From an uncultured Phycisphaeraceae bacterium (GTDB taxonomy: Bacteria; Planctomycetota; Phycisphaerae; Phycisphaerales; UBA1924): a stretch of 64,000 nt of DNA. How positions within the stretch are numbered: the first letter of the stretch is position 1; each line of letters starts with the position of its first letter. Positions 35,547 to 45,452 of this stretch are shown here, in pieces. The notes beneath the pieces were generated by a model. The model was not told the origin of the DNA. It saw only the letters and a program-made list of their open reading frames with translations, and did not search any database. The translations under genes were made by a program, and so were the position numbers. Location: contig CAZNZC010000003.1 of NCBI GenBank assembly GCA_964577425.1, positions 73,803-137,802 on the forward strand, given 5' to 3'.

Positions 35547-36329
35547 ATGGGTCTTCTGGACGGCAAGCAGGGTCTGATCGTCGGGGTCGCCAACGACCGG
35601 TCGTACGCATTCCACATCGCCCAGGCCCTGACCGAGCACGGCGCGACCTGCGCCTACGCCCACATCCCCGGCGAGAAGAACGAGCGGCGGACCGGCAAGG
35701 CGGTCGAGAAGATCGCCCCCAACCCCTGGCTGTGCCCCTGCGACGCAGGCAAGGACGATGATCTCGACGCCCTCTTCGAGCGGTACAAGAAGGATTTTCC
35801 CCGTCTGGACTTCCTGGTTCATTCCATCGCCTTCGCCGACCGGGAATGGCTCCAGCCGGGCAAGTTCTGCCACACGCCGCGGAAGGCGTACCTCGACGCG
35901 GTGGACATCTCGGCCTACACCCTCTCGGCCATGGCCGGGCGGGCGAAGGAGCAGATGGCCGCGGGCGGGGGCGGGTCCATCATGGCGATGAGCTACTACG
36001 GGGCGGAAAAAGTGGTCCCCGGTTACAATGTGATGGGCGTGGCCAAGGCCGCTTTGGAGGCCACCAGCCGCTACCTGGCGTTCGAGCTGGGCGAGTACGG
36101 CATCCGGGTCAACACGATCTCCGGTGGATACCTCAGGACCCTGGCCAGCTCGGCCGTGGGCGGCGTGGACATGATGGACGAGATGGCCCGCACCAAAGGC
36201 CCCCTCCGGCGCGGCGTGGAAGGATCGGATGTGGGCAAGACCGCCGTCTACCTGGCCAGCGACCTCGCCAGCGGCGTGACCGGCGAGAACATCTATGTGG
36301 ACTGCGGGATGAATACGCTGGGGATCTGA
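35547..36329 (+). CDS. fabI: Enoyl-[acyl-carrier-protein] reductase (NADH)
   Basis: 260 aa. Motifs LLDGKQGLIVGVAN.RS, active-site Y...K region (MSYYGAEKVVPGYNVMGVAKAALE) and IRVNTISGG. Confidence 0.9.
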   Translation: MGLLDGKQGLIVGVANDRSYAFHIAQALTEHGATCAYAHIPGEKNERRTGKAVEKIAPNPWLCPCDAGKDDDLDALFERYKKDFPRLDFLVHSIAFADREWLQPGKFCHTPRKAYLDAVDISAYTLSAMAGRAKEQMAAGGGGSIMAMSYYGAEKVVPGYNVMGVAKAALEATSRYLAFELGEYGIRVNTISGGYLRTLASSAVGGVDMMDEMARTKGPLRRGVEGSDVGKTAVYLASDLASGVTGENIYVDCGMNTLGI

Positions 36330-36378
36330 CCCATTTCCCCTCCTCCCCCGCACGAATCTCAAGCAAGCACCCTCCGCG

Positions 36379-36398
36379 GACCCTCCCTTTGGAGGGTT
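36379..36398 (+). terminator. Candidate terminator hairpin after fabI
   Basis: ACCCTCC-CTTT-GGAGGGT followed by TCGTGTCT. The U-tract is poor. Confidence 0.35.
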
Positions 36399-36558
36399 CG
36401 TGTCTGCCCGGGGGCAAGCGTGAGCACGACGCTCTGGGGAACATGGAGAAATGGGAGGATTTCTGCTGACTTGGCTGGCACATGCGTTTTTATGGGGCAC
36501 ATTCCTTCCACACCAGAACCCGCCACATCCGGCGGCACTGACCACATGGGAGTGTGCG

Positions 36559-37239
36559 ATGAGAGATGCAAAGATTCTGACGGCAGTGAGCGCCGTCGCG
36601 CTGATCGCAGGCGCGGCCGCGGCCGGCTTCAGCGGCGGACCTTACAAGATCGCCGACTCGTTCGAGGATTTCAACGGCAACCAGGGTGAGAACGGCTGGA
36701 CTTACGGGTACTACGACGGCAATGTCGATGCCGCGTACACCCCGGCCGACTTCGAGGTGATGACCAACTGGGATGCTTCCCTGGGTCGTTGGTGGGTGGA
36801 CAACACCCCTGGGGGTCCGCTGACCCTGATCGACTCGGTGTTCATGCACCCCTGGGCGTACGCGGTCGAAGGCGAGGGCACTGACCACTGGGCCGTCCGC
36901 CGGTGGACCAGCAACATGTCCGGCCCGGTCGAGATCGCCATCGACATGCTCCGCGGCCCTTCCCACAACCTCGGTGACGGCGTGCGTCTGCATGTCTTCG
37001 TCGATGGGGTCAAGCAGCTCATCGCCGATCTGAACCCCGATAACTCGGCCGGCCTGTCCCTGATGCTCTTCCAGAACATCAGCATCGGCTCAGTGATCGA
37101 CTTCGCGATCGACCCGATCGACAGCGCCCATTTCGACGGCACGCGGTTCAACGCCGTGATCACCAGCAGCGTTCCCAGCCCCTCCTCCATGGCCTTGGTG
37201 GGCCTGGGCGTGCTGGCGATGGGCAAGCGCCGCCGATAA
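36559..37239 (+). CDS. PEP-CTERM sorting-domain protein (paralog 1)
   Basis: 226 aa with a signal peptide. The C-terminus VPSPSSMALVGLGVLAMGKRRR has the PEP-CTERM layout. Shares IADS..D.NG.QGENGW.YGYY and RRW.S..SG.V with 37847..38575. Confidence 0.7.
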   Translation: MRDAKILTAVSAVALIAGAAAAGFSGGPYKIADSFEDFNGNQGENGWTYGYYDGNVDAAYTPADFEVMTNWDASLGRWWVDNTPGGPLTLIDSVFMHPWAYAVEGEGTDHWAVRRWTSNMSGPVEIAIDMLRGPSHNLGDGVRLHVFVDGVKQLIADLNPDNSAGLSLMLFQNISIGSVIDFAIDPIDSAHFDGTRFNAVITSSVPSPSSMALVGLGVLAMGKRRR

Positions 37240-37263
37240 CCTACGGCATCCCCCTGCAAAATC

Positions 37264-37297
37264 ACCCGCGTCGGCTGGCCCGGCGCGGGTTTCTTTG
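37264..37297 (+). terminator. Intrinsic terminator after PEP-CTERM paralog 1
   Basis: ACCCGCG, a 13-nt loop, then CGCGGGT followed by TTCTTTGT. Confidence 0.5.
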
Positions 37298-37312
37298 TCG
37301 ATACTGTGGGTG

Positions 37313-37600
37313 ATGCTGGATCCGATCACCAACCAGATCGCGGCACAGGCCGCTCATCGGGCCGCCGTGAGCAGAAGGCCGGAGGAAGCCAGGGCGAAGT
37401 CGTCGGGCAAGGGCCGAGCCGCGGAATCGGATCGGTTCGAGACCATCCTGGGCGAAGTTGAGGCTCTCGGACCTGTCCGGGCGCTGGCGGACGCGGACCA
37501 GGAAGAGGCGCGGGAGGATCGGATCGAGCACCGGTCTGGCGCGACGGATCAGCGGGGCCACGAAGACCGGCCCGGGGGCGTGCTGGATCTGACGGCCTGA
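37313..37600 (+). CDS. Possible small hypothetical protein
   Basis: 95 aa from the ATG at 37313. GC3-rich codons, but no clear RBS and no recognisable family. Weak call. Confidence 0.25.
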   Translation: MLDPITNQIAAQAAHRAAVSRRPEEARAKSSGKGRAAESDRFETILGEVEALGPVRALADADQEEAREDRIEHRSGATDQRGHEDRPGGVLDLTA

Positions 37601-37846
37601 CCGCCCCCCCCGCTCCTCCCCGTTCCCACAAATGGGGCGTTGGGACCAGGCCGCAGCGCTTGAGACAAACTTCTAAGTCTTGGCGCTCAAGGACTTCCGA
37701 GTGAAGTATTTTTTGCGCTTTGGGTTGCCCCCCCGATCCGGTGTGGCATCTTCTCCGTATCGGATCGGTCGGTTCGCTCGTCATGCGTATCAGGCCGGAC
37801 GAGCCCCGGCGGGCCAAACCCGTCGTGTGCCAAAGGAGGAGAAGAT

Positions 37847-38575
37847 ATGGACATGGCCAAAAAGGTCTGCGCGGTTGTAGCGCTCGCGGGGATCTGCGGG
37901 GGGGCTTTGGCGAACCCGGTACTGATCGCCGACTCGGTCGCCGACTACAACGGCGCACAGGGCGAGAACGGCTGGCATTACGGCTACTACAACCTCGAGG
38001 ACATCAACACCTCCGGCGGGGTGTCGGTGGCGATCTCGGAGTTCCGCCAGCTCTCGTCGTACGACTCGACCACCGGCTGGTGGGCGATCAACTCCGAGGC
38101 CGCGTCGGGCAATCCCGCGAACGGCAGCGTTCCCGGCTCGTACGCGGTCATCACCCGCAGCCGCATGCACCCCAACGCCCCCTGGTCCAGCGCGAATGTG
38201 GTGGCGGAGGAGCAGTGGGCTTCGCGTCGCTGGGTGAGCACCGTGAGCGGCGAGGTGACGCTGAGCGGCCTGATCGCCCATCACGAGTACTTCGGGCTGA
38301 ACATGGTCGGCGACGGCACCGAGGCGCACATCCTCGTCGATGGCGAGGCGGTGTTCAGCTACGATGTCGGCCTGATGGACTTCCAGGGCATCTCGTACTC
38401 GCTGTCGCTCGATGTGGTCGAGGGCAGCGTGATCGAGATGGTGATCGGCGCGAAGGACAACCCGCTCTATGACGCGACGATCTTCACGATGCGGGTCACG
38501 CAGGTGCCCGCCCCCGGCGCGATGGCTCTGCTGGGCCTGGGCGGGATCATGGTCGGCGGGCGTCGCCGGCGCTGA
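37847..38575 (+). CDS. PEP-CTERM sorting-domain protein (paralog 2)
   Basis: 242 aa with RBS AGGAGG upstream and a signal peptide. C-terminus VPAPGAMALLGLGGIMVGGRRRR. Confidence 0.7.
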   Translation: MDMAKKVCAVVALAGICGGALANPVLIADSVADYNGAQGENGWHYGYYNLEDINTSGGVSVAISEFRQLSSYDSTTGWWAINSEAASGNPANGSVPGSYAVITRSRMHPNAPWSSANVVAEEQWASRRWVSTVSGEVTLSGLIAHHEYFGLNMVGDGTEAHILVDGEAVFSYDVGLMDFQGISYSLSLDVVEGSVIEMVIGAKDNPLYDATIFTMRVTQVPAPGAMALLGLGGIMVGGRRRR

Positions 38576-38626
38576 GTTTTCCGGGCCGATCATCCCATTC
38601 GCAACATATCCACCCCCACCACCACG

Positions 38627-38815
38627 CCCCCGTCGTGCCTGCGACGGGGGCGGTTGGATTTTTGGTAGGTCGGCGCTCCGTGCCGGCTCTTTCTCTGACG
38701 CTTTGGGCCTGCTTCGGGGGAAAGGGAATCCGCCGATTTCATCGGCGGCGTCACGGAGGCGAACCGCTGGTCGCCCCGCGGGGCGAACACAGGCGGGACG
38801 CCTGTGCCACCACAG
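38627..38815. repeat. Mosaic hairpin array (including REP-A and inverted REP-B)
   Basis: CCCCCGTCG-tgcctg-CGACGGGGG (38627-38650). REP-A variant GGTAGGTCGGCGCTCCGTGCCGGCTCT (38664-38690). CCGCCGAT-TTC-ATCGGCGG. The palindrome TCGCCCCGCGGGGCGA. REP-B (-) at 38788-38812. Confidence 0.85.
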
Positions 38816-38817
38816 CT

Positions 38818-39666
38818 CTAGCGGCCTTTGAAGAAGCGGGTGAAGGCGTGGACGGTGGTTCCGCGTCCGATGGCGGCGATGGACTCGGTCAGGGGGATGC
38901 CCTTGGGGCAGACCTTGACGCAGTTCTGGGCGTTGCCGCACTCGGAAACGCCGCCGGGGCCCATCAGGGCTTCCAGGCGGTCGGGCTTGAGGCGCTTGCC
39001 GGTCTCGTGCTCGTTGAAGAGGCGGGCCTGGCTGAGGGCGGCGGCCCCGATGAAGGCGTTGTTCCAGTCGGCGGGGTCCTCTTCCTTGAGGTACTGGGGG
39101 CAGGCTTCGAGGCAGCAGCCGCAGGTCATGCACTCGGAGAGGGCGTAGCGCATCTGGTGCTGTTCGGGGGTTTCCTTGGGGCCGGCGCCGAGGTTGTAGG
39201 TGCCGTCGATGGGGACCCAGGCGCGGACGCGCTTGAGGGAATCGAACATGCGTTCACGATCGACCCAGAGGTCGCGGATGACCGGGAACTTGCTCATGGG
39301 TTCGAGGGTGAGGGTGTCGCCCTCCTCGGGGGCGTACTCGTCGATGAGGCAGGAGCAGGACTGGCGGACGCGGCCGTTGATGACCATCGTGCATGCGCCG
39401 CAGACCTCTTCCAGGCAGCCGGAATCCCAGACGACGGGGGTGGTCCTTTTGCCGTCGGTGGTGACGGGGTTGGCCGCGATCCACTTGAGGCAGGAGATGA
39501 CATTGGAGCCGGACTCGGTGGGAACCTTGAAGGACTCCCAGCGGTCGGGCTTGCCGGGGCCGTCGCAGCGCCTGATTTTGAGGACGACCGAGCGGCCGGG
39601 CTTGGCGCGTTCGCGGTTGGCTTTGCGGATCTCTGCGTCGAAGGCGTGGGCTGGGGCGCCGGTCAT
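38818..39666 (-). CDS. sdhB: Succinate dehydrogenase/fumarate reductase iron-sulfur subunit
   Basis: 282 aa. Cys clusters for [2Fe-2S] (CLEEVCGAC...C), [4Fe-4S] (CMTCGCCLEAC) and [3Fe-4S] (CGNAQNCVKVCP). Confidence 0.9.
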   Translation of the reverse strand: MTGAPAHAFDAEIRKANRERAKPGRSVVLKIRRCDGPGKPDRWESFKVPTESGSNVISCLKWIAANPVTTDGKRTTPVVWDSGCLEEVCGACTMVINGRVRQSCSCLIDEYAPEEGDTLTLEPMSKFPVIRDLWVDRERMFDSLKRVRAWVPIDGTYNLGAGPKETPEQHQMRYALSECMTCGCCLEACPQYLKEEDPADWNNAFIGAAALSQARLFNEHETGKRLKPDRLEALMGPGGVSECGNAQNCVKVCPKGIPLTESIAAIGRGTTVHAFTRFFKGR

Positions 39667-39684
39667 GATGGGTGCCTTTCGGGA

Positions 39685-41655
39685 TTACGAGGCGGCCGCG
39701 GCGGGCTGGGGCTTGGGATCGGATTTGGCGTCGGTCTTTCCGTAGGTGCGGGACCGGGGCTGGACGAGCGGACCCTTGACGGGGACGAACTCGATGTCGG
39801 ACGAGTTGGTGCCGGGGTTGAAGCGGGCGACGGAGGTTTTGTAGAAGTTCACATCGTCGCGGTCGGGGTAGTCCTTGCGGTAGTGCGCGCCGCGGGACTC
39901 CTTGCGGAGCAGGCCGGCCTTGAGGATGGCCTCGGCCATGATGAGCATGTCGCCGATGGCGCGGGCGTAGGAGAGGGACTGGTTGGTCCAGCCGGCGGCG
40001 TCGTCGAGTTCGGCCTTGGCGTAGCGTTCGCGGAGTTGGGCGAGCTTGGCCAGGGCGCGTTCGAGGCGTTCCCCGGTCTTGACGACGGTGGAGGCGGCGG
40101 TCATCTCGTCGCCGAGTTCCTTGCCGATCTGGTAGGGGTTGAAGGCCGGGTTTCCGGTGCCGCCGGAGGCGGAGGCGACGAGGCGGTCGTGCTTGGCCTG
40201 CTCCTGCCTGACGACGCGGTCGTACACGCCCTGGTCCAGGGCATCGACGCCGGGCAGGCCCGAGTCGCGGATGTAGTTGACGACGGACACGCCGTTGCAC
40301 AGGCCGTCGAAGATGCAGGAGAGCAGGGCGTTGGCGCCGAGGCGGTTCGCGCCGTGGTAGGCGAAGTTGACCTCGCCGAAGGCGTAGAGACCCTGGATGT
40401 TGGTCATCATGTTGCCGGGCGCGCCGATGGTCAGGCCGTGGCCGGGCTGCTGATCGACGGGGATGGGGGCGCCGGACTTGTGGGCGGGCAGGGGGGCGGC
40501 GGGGGTGTAATCGCCGGGGGTGTAGTCGGTCCAGAGGCCGCCCATCGAGTAGTGGACGGCGGGGAAGATGCGCATGGGGGTGAAGCGGGGGTTCTCGCCG
40601 ACGAACTTCTCGTAGATATCGAGGATGCCGCCGAGCTTCATGGTGAGGTAGTCGGGGTCGCGGTGGGTCAGGTCGAGGTAGACCTCGTTCCGGCCGCCGA
40701 CGCCGAGGCCCTCGTTGACGCAGATGTCGAAGATCTCGCGGGTGGCGATGTCGCGGGGGACGATGTTGCCGTACTTGGGGTAGCGTTCCTCGAGGAAGTA
40801 GTAGCGTTCGGACTCGGGGATGTCCTTGGGGCGGCGGGCGTCGCCCTTGGTGCGGGGCACCCAGACGCGCCCGCCCTCGCCGCGGGCGGACTCGGACATG
40901 AGACGGAGCTTGTCCGCGCCCGGGATGGCGGTCGGGTGGACCTGGACCATCTCGGGGTTGCCGTACCACGCGCCTTCCTGGTAGCAGCGGGAGGCCGCGC
41001 CGCCGGTGCAGATGACCGAGTTGGTGGACTTGCCGAAGACGAGGCCGTTGCCGCCGGTGGCCATGACCACGGCCGCGCCGCGGAAGGCGCGGATCTGCAT
41101 GGTGCGCATGTCCTGGGCGACGATGCCGACGCAGCGCTTGTCCGAGCCTTCACCCGTGGTCACGGGCCAGAGGAACTCCCAGAACTCGTACTTCTTGACC
41201 TTGCCCTCGGCTTCGTAGCGGCGGGTCTGCTCGTCCAGGGCGTAGAGGAGCTGCTGGCCGGTGGTGGCGCCGGAGAAGTGGGTGCGTTTGAAGAGCGAGC
41301 CGCCGAACAGGCGGAGGTCGCGGAAGCCCTCGGCGGTGCGGTTGAAGGGCACGCCCATGCGGTCGAGCAGGTCGATGATCTTGGGCGCCCAGTTGGCCAT
41401 CTCGAGGACGGGGTGCTGGTCGGCCAGGAAGTCGCCGCCGTAGATGGTCTCGTCGAAGTGCTCGTACTCGGAGTAGCCCTGCTGGCGGGCGACCTCGTTG
41501 CAGGCGTTGATGCCGCCCTGGGCGCACACGGAGTGGGAGCGTTTGACGGGGACCATGCTGAAGAGGTCCACGGGGACGCCCGCCTCGGCGATGCGGACGG
41601 ACGCCGCCAGGCCCGCAAGCCCGCCACCGACCACGATCACACGCTGTTCAGCCAT
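39685..41655 (-). CDS. sdhA: Succinate dehydrogenase/fumarate reductase flavoprotein subunit
   Basis: 656 aa from the ATG at 41655. FAD-binding VIVVGGGLAGLAAS, RSHSVCAQGG (His for covalent FAD) and HYSMGG. Confidence 0.9.
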   Translation of the reverse strand: MAEQRVIVVGGGLAGLAASVRIAEAGVPVDLFSMVPVKRSHSVCAQGGINACNEVARQQGYSEYEHFDETIYGGDFLADQHPVLEMANWAPKIIDLLDRMGVPFNRTAEGFRDLRLFGGSLFKRTHFSGATTGQQLLYALDEQTRRYEAEGKVKKYEFWEFLWPVTTGEGSDKRCVGIVAQDMRTMQIRAFRGAAVVMATGGNGLVFGKSTNSVICTGGAASRCYQEGAWYGNPEMVQVHPTAIPGADKLRLMSESARGEGGRVWVPRTKGDARRPKDIPESERYYFLEERYPKYGNIVPRDIATREIFDICVNEGLGVGGRNEVYLDLTHRDPDYLTMKLGGILDIYEKFVGENPRFTPMRIFPAVHYSMGGLWTDYTPGDYTPAAPLPAHKSGAPIPVDQQPGHGLTIGAPGNMMTNIQGLYAFGEVNFAYHGANRLGANALLSCIFDGLCNGVSVVNYIRDSGLPGVDALDQGVYDRVVRQEQAKHDRLVASASGGTGNPAFNPYQIGKELGDEMTAASTVVKTGERLERALAKLAQLRERYAKAELDDAAGWTNQSLSYARAIGDMLIMAEAILKAGLLRKESRGAHYRKDYPDRDDVNFYKTSVARFNPGTNSSDIEFVPVKGPLVQPRSRTYGKTDAKSDPKPQPAAAAS

Positions 41656-41725
41656 ACTGCGAACCTCGATTCTTGCGGGCCGGCCGTTCATCGGGGCCGG
41701 CCGGGGCGTTGTGAACAGGCATCGT

Positions 41726-42613
41726 TCAGGGCTGGGAGTCCGGATCGACCGCGGCCCGGACGGTTTGTGTGTCGAGCACATGAGGCTCGGTGTGATGGAC
41801 TCCCCCGAGGCGCTCTTCGATGGATTTGGCCTTGTTGTAGTCACCGACGAAGGCGGCGCCGAGGGCGGACCACGCGGCGGCCATCAGGCCGATGCCGACC
41901 ATCGTGCAGACCGCGCCCCACCGCTTCTGGGCCTGGGCGGAGACGGTCAGGCCCCAGGTGATGGCCGCGGTCCACAGCCCGTTGGCGAAGTGGAAGACCA
42001 GCAGCGACACCCCGATGAAGTAGCCGAGGGAGACGGCGAGGCCCGCGGCGGTCCAGCCCTCGGTCGAGCCTTGCAGGGCGGCGACGAGGGTGGAGGCGGA
42101 GAAATCGTGGGACCATCTGGTGCCGCCGGGGACCAGGAAGGTCCAGCCCCAGCGCAGGGTGGCGACATGGTAGAAGATGAAGAGGATGCCGATGTAGCCG
42201 GAGATGCGCTGGAGGGTGTAGCGCCGGTTGTCCTGGTAGGGGTAGCGGGCGGTGTTGGACTTGCCGGTGCGGGCGTAGTAGAAACCGAAGATGGAGTGGA
42301 AACCGATGGAGACCCAGAGGGTGATCTCGATCAGCAGCAGGTGCGGGACCTCGGTGTTGATCCAGGAGACTTCCTTCTGGAAGTACTCGTAACCGCCGTC
42401 CTGGATGCCCATGCCCGCGCCGTCGGCACGCAGGCCGAGCTTGCCCCAGGCGAGGGACGAGTTGGTGACCAGGTGGGCGATCAGGAAGACACCGATGGGC
42501 ACGATGCCGGTGAGCGAGTGCAGGCGTCGGATCAGGAAGTGGTGTTTTTCGAGGAACCCTGGGTGGTCGGTCACGGGTGGCGGCTCCGGATTGTCGGCGT
42601 CGTCCGCCCCCAA
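41726..42613 (-). CDS. sdhC: Succinate dehydrogenase cytochrome b subunit (single large b558-type)
   Basis: Five TM segments with conserved His residues (RRLHSLTG..., FHSIFG, FYHVATL, FHFANG). The track start is TTG at 42613; GTG at 42574 is an alternative. Confidence 0.75.
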   Translation of the reverse strand: MGADDADNPEPPPVTDHPGFLEKHHFLIRRLHSLTGIVPIGVFLIAHLVTNSSLAWGKLGLRADGAGMGIQDGGYEYFQKEVSWINTEVPHLLLIEITLWVSIGFHSIFGFYYARTGKSNTARYPYQDNRRYTLQRISGYIGILFIFYHVATLRWGWTFLVPGGTRWSHDFSASTLVAALQGSTEGWTAAGLAVSLGYFIGVSLLVFHFANGLWTAAITWGLTVSAQAQKRWGAVCTMVGIGLMAAAWSALGAAFVGDYNKAKSIEERLGGVHHTEPHVLDTQTVRAAVDPDSQP

Positions 42614-42658
42614 ACCCGAGACAGCCCGCGGGGAGGACGGCGGAACGGCGTGTTTGCT

Positions 42659-43123
42659 CTATCGGCCCATCGGGGGCTGGCCCGGCATCGGGCCGGGGCT
42701 GAAACCTCTGGCGACCTGCTGGGCGCTGATCTTGCCCTCGGCCTGGGCCTGCATGACGGCCTCGTAGACCTCGACGAAGATGGCGCGGAGTTCGGCCAGG
42801 GTGCCCTTGAGCAGGGTGGTCTCGTCCTCGGTCAGGTTGCCCCTGGTCTTCTCTTCGAGCACGCCGAGCAGGTCGATCTGCATCTTGGCGATGTCGAGGG
42901 CGACCACCCCGCGTCCGGACTGATCCGGAATTTGCCCCATATACATCAGGCCCTGGGAGGCGAGCAGGCTGACCAGGTGCTCCAGGGAGGGCTGGTCGGG
43001 CATGGCGTCGTCGTCGGGGGCCTGGCGGGCGGTCTCGGTCTGGGCCAGCTTTTCCTTCTCGGCCCGGGCCGCCGACTTCCAGTCGTCATCGACGATAATC
43101 TTGGGCTGCTGGTTGTCCGCCAC
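42659..43123 (-). CDS. DUF1844 domain-containing protein
   Basis: 154 aa. Typical pattern: SLEHLVSLLASQGLMYMGQIPD...DIAKMQIDLLGVLEEKTRGNLTEDE..LL...LAELR. Confidence 0.75.
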   Translation of the reverse strand: MADNQQPKIIVDDDWKSAARAEKEKLAQTETARQAPDDDAMPDQPSLEHLVSLLASQGLMYMGQIPDQSGRGVVALDIAKMQIDLLGVLEEKTRGNLTEDETTLLKGTLAELRAIFVEVYEAVMQAQAEGKISAQQVARGFSPGPMPGQPPMGR

Positions 43124-43197
43124 GGGGCCTCCTCGGTTGGGATGAAACAGGTCATGGTAGGCCGAAAATGGGTCCGGACCGGGGCCGAGCGAAGGGA

Positions 43198-44544
43198 ATG
43201 AACATGCTCGAACGACTGACGGCGGCTTTGGCGGTGGCGGGAATGCTGGCCGTGGCGGGGTGTGGCATGGTCGGCGGCGGGGATGGGAGAGGGGCCGCGG
43301 GCGAAGGGACGCGCCGGGTCAGCCCGGAGGCGTTCGCCGGCGTGCCCGGTTCTTCGGGGACAGCCGGGGTGAACCAGGCTCCGGGAGAACAGGGGGGCGC
43401 GGGGCGGGGCGACATCGGGGCGGTCGCGGCGGATGCGGCCGATATCGGCGCGCCGCCGCGAGCGACGGGGCGTACACGGGCCGATGATCCGGGGGGGGCG
43501 TTCGGGGCCGAGCCGGTGGTGGTGCGGGGCATGGCACCGGTGTCCGCGGCCCCGCAAGCGCCGGTGCGCAGGGCGGCGGGGCTGGAGCTGGTCGATGCGA
43601 AGGTCGGGGACATCAACGGGCGGCCGATCTTCGCGAGCAGCTTCTTCGAGCCGATCGAGGCGCGTCTGATCGCCGAGGCGGCGCGGCTGGACCGCAACGC
43701 CTGGATCAAGCTGGCCGCGGAGGATGTGATCGTCCCGCGTCTGGACGGGCTGATCGCCGATGAGCTGCTGCGGGCGGAAGCGCTGTCCGCGCTGTCTCCC
43801 GCGCAGCGGCAGGGGCTGCGCTCGTTCCTGGTGGGGTTCCGGCGCGACCTGCTCAGCGAGAACATGGGATCGGAGCAGCTCGCGCGGCGGCGCCTGGAGG
43901 AGGGCACCGGGCAGTCGTTGGACGACACGCTGCGGGCGAAGGAGACGGACACGCTGATCCGGCTGGCGCTGGCGCAGCAGATCAACCGGCGGATCAATGT
44001 GTCGTGGCGGGACATCCGGCAGCGGTACGAGCGGGACCAGCACATCTACAACCCGCCGCCGACGGCGCGGTTCCGCATGATCCGCGTGCCGACGGCGCGG
44101 GCGGAGGATGTGGCCCGGATCAACGAACGGCTGGCGGCGGGCGAGCCGTTCGAGGTCGTGGCGACGGACCCGGCGAACGGGTACGAGCGCGAGCAGGGCG
44201 GGCTGTACGAGCGGGCCTTCACGGGGGAGTTCTCCCAGGCCGAGTTCTTCGGGGCGGCCGCGTTGAACGAGCGGGCGCGGGCTCTCTCGCCGGGGGAGTC
44301 CAGCGGGGCGTTCCAGGTGGGCAACAGCACGACCTGGCTGTATCTGGACGATATCACGCGGACCGGCATTTCGCTGTACGACGCGCAGCTCCGCATCAAC
44401 CAGGAACTGACGCTGGAACGGCGGCGGCGCGAGCAGCAACTCTACATGAACCGGCTGATCGAGCGGGCGCGCATGAGCACCCGCGACGAGATGCTGCTGC
44501 GCCTGCTGGCGATCGCCGAGGAACGCTACGGGCCGCGGGGATGA
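43198..44544 (+). CDS. SurA-like lipoprotein with a parvulin-type PPIase domain
   Basis: 448 aa from the ATG at 43198. Lipobox LAVAGC. C-terminal parvulin-like region: ARFRMIRVPT...GGLYERAF. Confidence 0.65.
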   Translation: MNMLERLTAALAVAGMLAVAGCGMVGGGDGRGAAGEGTRRVSPEAFAGVPGSSGTAGVNQAPGEQGGAGRGDIGAVAADAADIGAPPRATGRTRADDPGGAFGAEPVVVRGMAPVSAAPQAPVRRAAGLELVDAKVGDINGRPIFASSFFEPIEARLIAEAARLDRNAWIKLAAEDVIVPRLDGLIADELLRAEALSALSPAQRQGLRSFLVGFRRDLLSENMGSEQLARRRLEEGTGQSLDDTLRAKETDTLIRLALAQQINRRINVSWRDIRQRYERDQHIYNPPPTARFRMIRVPTARAEDVARINERLAAGEPFEVVATDPANGYEREQGGLYERAFTGEFSQAEFFGAAALNERARALSPGESSGAFQVGNSTTWLYLDDITRTGISLYDAQLRINQELTLERRRREQQLYMNRLIERARMSTRDEMLLRLLAIAEERYGPRG

Positions 44545-44981
44545 GGCTGTGGCCGGGGCCGCGGGAGGACCAGCGGGGCGTGTGGGCTCGCGGCGAGCGG
44601 GCCGCGGCGCGGGCGATGCGCCGGGCGGGCTGCCGCGTGCTGGCGCGGAACCTGGTGCTCGGGCCGGGGGAGATCGACCTGCTGTGCTTCGACAGGCGGG
44701 CGGGAGAGTTCGTGGTGGTCGAGGTCAAGGCGCGGATCGACCACGCCGACGGGCGGCGCCCGGAGGACGCGATCACGGCGGCCAAGAAGAGGAAACTGGT
44801 GCAGCTGGTCCGGGCGTTGCAGCGGGAAGAACGGGTGCGCGGGCGGCCGATCCGGGTGGATGTGGTGGCGGTGGTGTTCGCGCCGGGGCGGCGCCGGGCG
44901 GTGGAGGTGCGGCGGTACGAGCGGGCGGTGCGGGATGAGACGGGGATGGGGCGGGTGCAAACCCCGCGGTCAATCCGTTGA
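44541..44981 (+). CDS. YraN-family (UPF0102) endonuclease-fold protein
   Basis: 146 aa. ATGA overlap with the upstream stop. Pattern GERAAARAMRRAGCRVLARN......GEIDLLCFD....VVVEVKAR. Confidence 0.8.
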   Translation: MRLWPGPREDQRGVWARGERAAARAMRRAGCRVLARNLVLGPGEIDLLCFDRRAGEFVVVEVKARIDHADGRRPEDAITAAKKRKLVQLVRALQREERVRGRPIRVDVVAVVFAPGRRRAVEVRRYERAVRDETGMGRVQTPRSIR

Positions 44982-45452
44982 TCGGGGCAGCAGGTCGAGA
45001 AGTTCGTCGATCGTCTGCGGCTGTCCTTCGAGCGGCAGTGCCGCACGGGAGAGGGCATCCCGTGTTGCTGACCAATCCACCATGCCCGTCCGAATCAATC
45101 GGGTGATGCGATCGGCAACCTCCGCTTTCACTTCCCCCGTCGCGTTCATGCGTTCGAGGTTCAGACCGATCAAGCGGACAGGCTCCAGCTCCGGCCGGGT
45201 CGCAGCAGCCGGCGGAGTGAACGAACCAAGGACGGCGATCCAGCGGCCCTGATCGCCCGGAACCCCGGGGGTGATCCATGTGTCATGCTCGGTGGATTTC
45301 AGAACAATGCCGAACCAGACATGGGAACGACGCTCACGGATTCGTTCCGGGTCGATCTCCACTCGGTTCGGGCTGTAGGGGAACAACAACAGTCCCGCCA
45401 GCACGATGACAACGCCGCAGGCCGTCGGAATCATGCGCCATGGGAGATTCAT
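44970..45452 (-). CDS. Hypothetical membrane-anchored protein
   Basis: 160 aa from the ATG at 45452 (TGATG overlap with the miaB stop). One N-terminal TM segment. Its 3' end overlaps the convergent yraN-like gene by 12 nt. Confidence 0.45.
   Translation of the reverse strand: MNLPWRMIPTACGVVIVLAGLLLFPYSPNRVEIDPERIRERRSHVWFGIVLKSTEHDTWITPGVPGDQGRWIAVLGSFTPPAAATRPELEPVRLIGLNLERMNATGEVKAEVADRITRLIRTGMVDWSATRDALSRAALPLEGQPQTIDELLDLLPRSTD

Noticed and set aside
36476-36492. Sigma-54-like TGGCAC-N5-TTTTT upstream of PEP-CTERM paralog 1
   Set aside because: The -24 GG element fits, but the -12 GC dinucleotide is missing (TTTTT instead of TTGC). The support is too weak.
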